11,394 nucleotides of DNA. Origin: a bacterium. GTDB lineage: Bacteria; Zhuqueibacterota; Zhuqueibacteria; Oceanimicrobiales; Oceanimicrobiaceae. The position numbers were made by a program, and so were the translations under genes. Each line of letters begins with the position of its first letter. Position 1 is the first letter of the stretch. Location of the stretch: the NCBI GenBank assembly GCA_046757165.1, contig JBHHXT010000155.1, positions 1-11,394 of the forward strand, read 5' to 3'. Below the pieces are notes generated by a model. The model was not told where the DNA came from, ran no database searches, and saw only the letters and a program-made list of their open reading frames with translations. Positions 6,345-11,394 of the stretch are shown here, one piece after another.

Positions 6345-7201
6345 GACACTTTCTGAAATATTGTTTGCTTGGGTTGAGCGTGGCGGCTTGCGGCCAGCGC
6401 AGCGCCTTCAGTCGTGCCATGAACGGCGCCTGGGTTGAAGTGAGCCAGGCGGAGATCTTGCATGCCATGCGACAAGAACAGGGCTACGATCCAACCGCGA
6501 CCACGAATGTGGCGCGATTCCAGGCGGGCGTCCTTCTAACGCTTGTCCGGACGATGGTGGCGAACGGTGCACAGTCACAGGCCATCTTCATCAGCCACGA
6601 GACCTGGTTCCGGGCCTTCCTGCAGAGAACAGGCCTGAATGAGGCCCGGGCCCCCATGTATGCCCGCCTGGCCTATGAGCACAAACAAGACCAGAGAATT
6701 GCGTATGGGGACGGCCAGGTGGTCGCGACCGTTGAAGAAGGCCAGTGGCCAGAGCTGGCCCTCTCCGTCCGGGTTTCCTGGCCTCGAACCCGGGCTCTGC
6801 CGGCCCAATACACCTTCGAAGATACGCTCTCGCATCCCAGACTAAGGGTCACCAACCACCGCCATGTCAGCTACCGCTTACTGGATTTTGGTGACATGGT
6901 GATGTATGACCGCATTGAAGGGTTGAGCGGCCGGCCGACTTCTGGCGTGCTGGGGCTGCTGTTTCGAGTCATCGGAGAAGGGCGCGTGGTGCAAGCAAAG
7001 ATCCTGGCCTCCCCGGATGGCTGGCAGATCTCACAAACCCGCGCCAAGAAGGGTCCGTTTGAAGTCAATCCGCTGGTCACAGTCATGCCAGACGGACGCA
7101 TGCGGAAGGGTCTCCCACCTGACCGCCCGGATTTGGCAGCCCTGGCCTCCCGCCTGCGGGAGCCGCTCGAGATCAAGTATCTTCCTGTATCTGGAGAATG
7201 A
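6341..7201 (+). CDS. Hypothetical protein, probable lipoprotein
   Basis: 286-aa ORF with ATGA overlap to the upstream stop. The N-terminus MRHFLKYCLLGLSVAAC ends in a lipobox-like VAAC. Confidence 0.75.
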   Translation: MRHFLKYCLLGLSVAACGQRSAFSRAMNGAWVEVSQAEILHAMRQEQGYDPTATTNVARFQAGVLLTLVRTMVANGAQSQAIFISHETWFRAFLQRTGLNEARAPMYARLAYEHKQDQRIAYGDGQVVATVEEGQWPELALSVRVSWPRTRALPAQYTFEDTLSHPRLRVTNHRHVSYRLLDFGDMVMYDRIEGLSGRPTSGVLGLLFRVIGEGRVVQAKILASPDGWQISQTRAKKGPFEVNPLVTVMPDGRMRKGLPPDRPDLAALASRLREPLEIKYLPVSGE

Positions 7202-7202
7202 G

Positions 7203-7574
7203 ATGAAAGTTACGCCGACCCTTATACTGATGCTGATTCTGATGAACTCCCACGCCTGTAGCACCTGGCGCCACGTGCGGCCATCCGAAGTGGACGAGCT
7301 CGTCGTGGACAAGCCTGTCATCCGGGTCCTGATGAAGGATGGTTCTCAGTTCACCGCGCGCAACTACGATATTGCTGCCGATACGCTCATCACCTACGGC
7401 CTGGCTCCAGCCACGTCGCAGCAAAGAAATGCTACCATCCCCCTGGATAGCATCGACACCGTTGAAATCAAACAAGAGACCACAGAGCGGCCGATTCTGT
7501 TGAGCGTCGCAGGCCTGAGCATGGTCGCATTTTTTGCCGCCATCGGCGCCAGCCAGAACGCCGGATCGCCATAA
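7203..7574 (+). CDS. Small hypothetical protein, probable lipoprotein with C-terminal hydrophobic helix
   Basis: In-frame ATG 7203 lies 1 nt after the upstream stop and is preceded by GGAG. Signal with Cys: MKVTPTLILMLILMNSHAC. C-terminal hydrophobic stretch ILLSVAGLSMVAFFAAIG. The longer ORF-track start at 7017 overlaps the previous gene. Confidence 0.75.
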   Translation: MKVTPTLILMLILMNSHACSTWRHVRPSEVDELVVDKPVIRVLMKDGSQFTARNYDIAADTLITYGLAPATSQQRNATIPLDSIDTVEIKQETTERPILLSVAGLSMVAFFAAIGASQNAGSP

Positions 7575-7693
7575 TTCTCAGGCGGCATCGACCGACGACG
7601 GTGCTTCAATTCTCCCACGTCGAGCCCTTTGCCTCAAAGAACGACCAACCCCCGACTTGATGCAAAACAAAACGCTTGCGCACCTATTCCAAC

Positions 7694-7722
7694 TTGCAAG
7701 CGATGAGCGATTGTATTATATT
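7694..7722 (+). promoter_or_regulatory. Sigma70-type promoter upstream of sppA
   Basis: TTGCAA (7694-7699), 17 bp, TATATT (7717-7722) in an AT-rich patch. Confidence 0.6.
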
Positions 7723-7764
7723 GTATTAGTAGCCAATCATAGGGGCTATCGAAGAATCGGCATA

Positions 7765-7939
7765 TTTTTGACAGGATAACAGGATTCTCGAGATGTACAG
7801 GATTTCATTTACCGGAAAACCTGTCGGCCTGGTCTTAAACTTTGGATCAAAGAAAGGTGAAGTCAAAAGAAAAGGTAGAGTTTTTACCTGGAGAGAAGTG
7901 ATCCTGTAAATCCGGCTTATCCTGCTGTCCCGTCAAAAA
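7765..7939. repeat. Non-coding inverted-repeat element (MITE-like) with 39-bp arms made of CAGGAT sub-repeats
   Basis: Left arm 7765-7803 TTTTTGACAGGATAACAGGATTCTCGAGATGTACAGGAT matches the reverse complement of right arm 7901-7939 at 30/39 positions without gaps. The spacer is 97 nt. Confidence 0.8.
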
Positions 7940-7972
7940 AAAGGTTTGTACCTCACCAACCGCGAGGCCAAC

Positions 7973-9772
7973 ATGAAAAGAACGGGCTGGATCATCTTTT
8001 TCATCGTCCTGGGATTGTTCGTTCTCATGGGGATGGTGTTCCTGACAGCGGTCGGTCTGCTCATTGACCACAAGCCGGTTGTCAAAGCAGACTCCGTGCT
8101 CAAATTGTCTCTGACCGGGTTGGTCACGGAGCATTATCCGCACAGTGCGTTTGGCAAGGAATTCGAGGGGGCCAGCTTGCAGGTCCACGATATTCGCAAG
8201 GCGCTCGAGATGGCAAAGTCAGACAAGCGCATTCGGGGTCTCTATCTGAAGCTCGCCGCACCGACGCTTGGGTGGGCGAAAGCGCGCGAGATTCGGCAGA
8301 TCTTGTCAGGCTTCAAAGAGAGCGGCAAGTTTGTCACGGCCAATATGTCGTTTTTTGATGAACGCTCCTATTACATCGCCCTGCAGGCGGATTCGATTTT
8401 CGTGCAGCCGTACGCGTTCTCGCAGCTCAACGGTTTCGCTGCCGAAATCCCGTTCATGAGGCGGTTGTTCAACAAGCTGGGCGTCGAGCCGCAGGTGGAG
8501 AACATCGGCAAGTATAAGAGCGCCGGCGATGTGTGGAAACGCAAATCCATGAGTCCAGCCCACCGCGAGGCCACGCAAGCCGTCTTGCAGGAGGTGCTGA
8601 CGCAGTTTGTGGAGGCCGTCTGCGAACAGCGGGGCATGGAGCGCGAGCTGCTCCAGGAAATGCTCTCGCCAGGCATCTATCAATCCAATGAGCTTGTGGC
8701 CGCCGGACTGGTCGATGACCTGAAACAAGAGCCGGAGGTGTTGGCGTTCTTGAAGCAAGAACTCTATGGCATGGATTTCGATGAAGGCCGGCACAAGCAG
8801 CTCCATTTCGTCGATGTCGCAGAGTACGCCCGGCTTGCGCCGGAGGAGGTTGGCCTGGGCGGCAGTGAAAAGATCGCCTTGATCTATGCCATTGGCGTGA
8901 TTCTTCCGGGGACCAGTGGACACGATCCGCTCAATGGCCGCACCCTGGGCGCCAATTCCATCGCACGACAGTTGCGTTCGGCCGGCGAGGACAAAGAGAT
9001 AAGGGCTATCGTTTTGCGCATCGATAGCCCGGGGGGCAGCGGTCAGGCCTCTGACGAAATCTGGTCAGCCATCGAGAGCGTGCGGCAGCACAAGCCTGTC
9101 ATCGTTTCGATGAGCGATGTGGCTGCCTCCGGCGGCTACTGGATAGCCAGTAACTGCGACGCCATCGTCTCTCAGCCGCTGACCCTGACCGGTTCCATCG
9201 GTGTGGTCAGCGCGCTCTTCGACCTCTCTGGCACGTACGACAAACTCGGCATCGACTGGGAGACGGTCAAAACCCACGCACACGCAGACTTCCCGACCTC
9301 GGTACGCCCACTCACCCAGGAAGAATGGAATATGTTCAAGAAATTCAGCCGGGATTTTTACCACTACTTTGTGCAGAAGGTCGCTGACGGACGGGACAAA
9401 AGCTGGGATGACGTGCACAAAGTCGCACAAGGCCGGGTGTGGACGGGTGCGCGCGCCTTTCAGCTCGGGCTGGTGGATTCCCTCGGTGGCCTGGAGGTGG
9501 CCCTGGGACTGGCAAAGGAGAGGGCCGGACTCGACCCGGAGGCAAAAACGCAATGGGTCGTCTACCCCCAACCAAAGGGATTCTTTCAATCGTTGTTTGA
9601 GACCTTTAATATTCGTGTCGCTCAGCTAATCGCAGACAAGAAACAGGAATGGGCGCTGCTGCGACAGATGTCGCCAGACGCAAGAGCCCTGTTGCGGCAG
9701 TTGGCGATCCTGAATCGAGTCCGGCGCGGCGAAATGATGGCTATCGCACCATCTGTGCCAGATGTCCGGTGA
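7973..9772 (+). CDS. sppA: Signal peptide peptidase SppA (protease IV, long tandem-domain type, family S49)
   Basis: N-terminal membrane anchor, GKYKSAG (catalytic Lys), LRIDSPGG, SMSDVAASGGYW (catalytic Ser), TGSIGV and QGRVWTG...GLVD. GAGG precedes ATG 7973. Confidence 0.95.
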   Translation: MKRTGWIIFFIVLGLFVLMGMVFLTAVGLLIDHKPVVKADSVLKLSLTGLVTEHYPHSAFGKEFEGASLQVHDIRKALEMAKSDKRIRGLYLKLAAPTLGWAKAREIRQILSGFKESGKFVTANMSFFDERSYYIALQADSIFVQPYAFSQLNGFAAEIPFMRRLFNKLGVEPQVENIGKYKSAGDVWKRKSMSPAHREATQAVLQEVLTQFVEAVCEQRGMERELLQEMLSPGIYQSNELVAAGLVDDLKQEPEVLAFLKQELYGMDFDEGRHKQLHFVDVAEYARLAPEEVGLGGSEKIALIYAIGVILPGTSGHDPLNGRTLGANSIARQLRSAGEDKEIRAIVLRIDSPGGSGQASDEIWSAIESVRQHKPVIVSMSDVAASGGYWIASNCDAIVSQPLTLTGSIGVVSALFDLSGTYDKLGIDWETVKTHAHADFPTSVRPLTQEEWNMFKKFSRDFYHYFVQKVADGRDKSWDDVHKVAQGRVWTGARAFQLGLVDSLGGLEVALGLAKERAGLDPEAKTQWVVYPQPKGFFQSLFETFNIRVAQLIADKKQEWALLRQMSPDARALLRQLAILNRVRRGEMMAIAPSVPDVR

Positions 9773-9871
9773 TGCGTGAGCCGCAGACGGCAAAAAATCC
9801 GGTGAAAAGGCGCCGTGTCCCCGGCGAATGCCAGGGCTCATACACCCAGGAATCAACCCAGGAGGATAATA

Positions 9872-11284
9872 ATGAGGACACAGGTTGTCATCCGTTGTCT
9901 GGCAGCGATGGCTCTGCTGGCCGGCTGCTCCGCCTCCAAACAGGCTTACAAGAAGGCGCAAGAGTTCGAACAAGCCGGTCTCTACGTCGAAGCTGCCGAG
10001 CAGGATTTGAAGGCCCTGCGCAAGGATCCGGATTTCAAGGACGCGAAGTCACATCTCAGAGAAATCGCACCGAAGGCTTACGATGAGCTCATCACACGCG
10101 CCATCGCGCTGGAGCGGACAGAAAACTGGGAACAGACCGTGACCGAGTACAAAAAGCTTGTCTCTCTGCTCAGCCGCTTCCATCGTCATGGGGTTGTCTT
10201 CGAGACCATGAATATCAGGGAACGACTGAGAAAGGCAGAACACAAAGCGGCCGAATATCATTATGCTCACGCCGAGCAATTCTTCGCCAACCAAAGCTGG
10301 CACCAGGCGGCGACAGCCTATATGAAGGCGCACAGCTATGTCGACAACTTTAACCGCTCGCTCGACAAGGCGATTCAGTCTTATGTCAATGCGGGCGATC
10401 AGTCCCTTAGAAACAAGCGTTATCCTGAGGCCCAGGCGGCCTTCCACGACGCGCTCATCGCTGTGCCCAACCACCCGGTCGCGAAAAAAAAACTCGCCCA
10501 AAGCTATTTTCTATACGGCAGGCAGCTTTTTGACGAGGGCCAGTTCCGCGAGGCGCTCGAGCAATTCGAACAAGCGGAAACATTCGACCCGGAGTCCAAA
10601 GAAATCGCGGAGTGGACAGACCGTGCATACAATGAGGCCGTGCAGTATGTCGCTATTTTCCCGTTCGTCAACCACACCCGTATCCAGGTCGATGGCTATC
10701 GCCTCGCTCGCGACCTCCTCACACTGATTGAGACGCGCGAACTGAAATTCGCCGACTTTTTGCCGCACCCGGAAACCGTGTCGTTGCTGAGCAAATCCGC
10801 CCTCAACCGCTTTGGACACATCCGTGAATCAGAGCTGCGCCGCATTGCCGCAGAGGAGGGGTTGGACTCGTTCGTCTGGGGCAGCGTGCTCGATATCGAG
10901 GTGCACGATTCTGCAGAAAGCATGAAGGAACACTCGCACGACCGGGTGGTCACTGTCCAGGATAGCACGGGCAAAGACGTGGAAGCCACAGAGACCATTT
11001 ACTACCGCGAATACAGCCGGCCGCGCCGCGTGAGCGTGCGTGCCGAGCACGTGATCATCGAAACCGAAACAGGCGCGGTCCTGGACCGCGAACGGTTTAC
11101 CGAGGAAATCACCGACGTGGCGCGCTGGGTCGCTTACCCGGGGAGCATCTACGATCTGCCCAAAAAGAAACGCCCGCTCCTGGATGCCCCGCGCAGCCCC
11201 CGACCGGTGCCGATTTTGGTCGATGAAATGCTCGGGGCGGTAGTGGAGAAGATCAGCCGGGAAGTGGTGGAATTCTATCGGTGA
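9872..11284 (+). CDS. TPR-repeat lipoprotein with C-terminal alpha/beta domain (CsgG/LpoB-like, tentative)
   Basis: SD GGAGG (9861-9865) before ATG 9872 and lipobox LLAGC. Repeated TPR-like helices (e.g. YFLYGRQLFDEGQFREALEQFEQAETFDP) are followed by VAIFPFVN and a beta-rich C-terminus. Confidence 0.85.
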   Translation: MRTQVVIRCLAAMALLAGCSASKQAYKKAQEFEQAGLYVEAAEQDLKALRKDPDFKDAKSHLREIAPKAYDELITRAIALERTENWEQTVTEYKKLVSLLSRFHRHGVVFETMNIRERLRKAEHKAAEYHYAHAEQFFANQSWHQAATAYMKAHSYVDNFNRSLDKAIQSYVNAGDQSLRNKRYPEAQAAFHDALIAVPNHPVAKKKLAQSYFLYGRQLFDEGQFREALEQFEQAETFDPESKEIAEWTDRAYNEAVQYVAIFPFVNHTRIQVDGYRLARDLLTLIETRELKFADFLPHPETVSLLSKSALNRFGHIRESELRRIAAEEGLDSFVWGSVLDIEVHDSAESMKEHSHDRVVTVQDSTGKDVEATETIYYREYSRPRRVSVRAEHVIIETETGAVLDRERFTEEITDVARWVAYPGSIYDLPKKKRPLLDAPRSPRPVPILVDEMLGAVVEKISREVVEFYR

Positions 11285-11319
11285 GGGGTGAGACGGCTGA
11301 CAAGTTCAGTATTAGAGAT

Positions 11320-11394
11320 TCAAGCAAGAAGCGCCAGCATCGCAGCGTTTGTTTTTTGTTTCATTTCTCTGCGCGCTTTGCGGACTCTGCGTGA
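11320..11394. repeat. Degenerate inverted-repeat element with 9-nt periodic CTCTGCG sub-repeats
   Basis: CTCTGCG-CG-CTTTGCG-GA-CTCTGCG-TGA (11367-11394). The partner arm 11320-11347 matches its reverse complement at 16/28 with the same periodicity, around a T-rich spacer. It reaches the window edge. Confidence 0.5.

Noticed and set aside
7585..7613. Hairpin GCATCG/CGGTGC after the small lipoprotein gene as a terminator
   Set aside because: The stem is short with a wobble pair and the U-tract is interrupted, too weak to call.
7768..7773. TTGACA in the left repeat arm as a -35 box
   Set aside because: There is no credible -10 hexamer 16-18 nt downstream.
7534..7779. 81-aa plus-strand ORF in the region before sppA
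   Set aside because: It overlaps the previous gene end, runs through the predicted promoter and repeat arm, and has no protein-like features.
7765..7939. Repeats as a CRISPR array or a complete insertion sequence
   Set aside because: There is no repeat-spacer periodicity, no cas gene and no transposase ORF in the window.
9843..9865. Direct repeat ACCCAGGA twice before the TPR gene
   Set aside because: It is only 8 bp and the second copy overlaps the Shine-Dalgarno sequence, so it is likely incidental.

Overview
Bacterial, moderately GC-rich window with no RNA genes, CRISPR array or transposase that I can recognise. The lipoprotein-rich gene content resembles a diderm FCB-superphylum organism, which is inference only. 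Eight CDSs: on the minus strand, a thioredoxin-reductase-like flavoprotein fused to a membrane polyferredoxin; on the plus strand, a GAF-AAA+-HTH sigma54 activator, a class I SAM methyltransferase, a three-gene envelope operon, sppA and a TPR lipoprotein. The best unexplained signals are: (1) the flavin domain of the oxidoreductase looks circularly permuted, with altered Cys and nucleotide motifs; (2) a sigma54 circuit readable from the DNA, with a probably leaderless activator, a TGTGAAG-N3-CTTCACA palindrome on its stop codon, an IHF-like site and a near-consensus -24/-12 promoter, plus two more copies of the palindrome after the methyltransferase; (3) non-coding inverted-repeat elements built from short periodic sub-repeats in three intergenic regions; (4) tandem CGACAT-N2-ATGTCG operator-like palindromes in the divergent promoter region.
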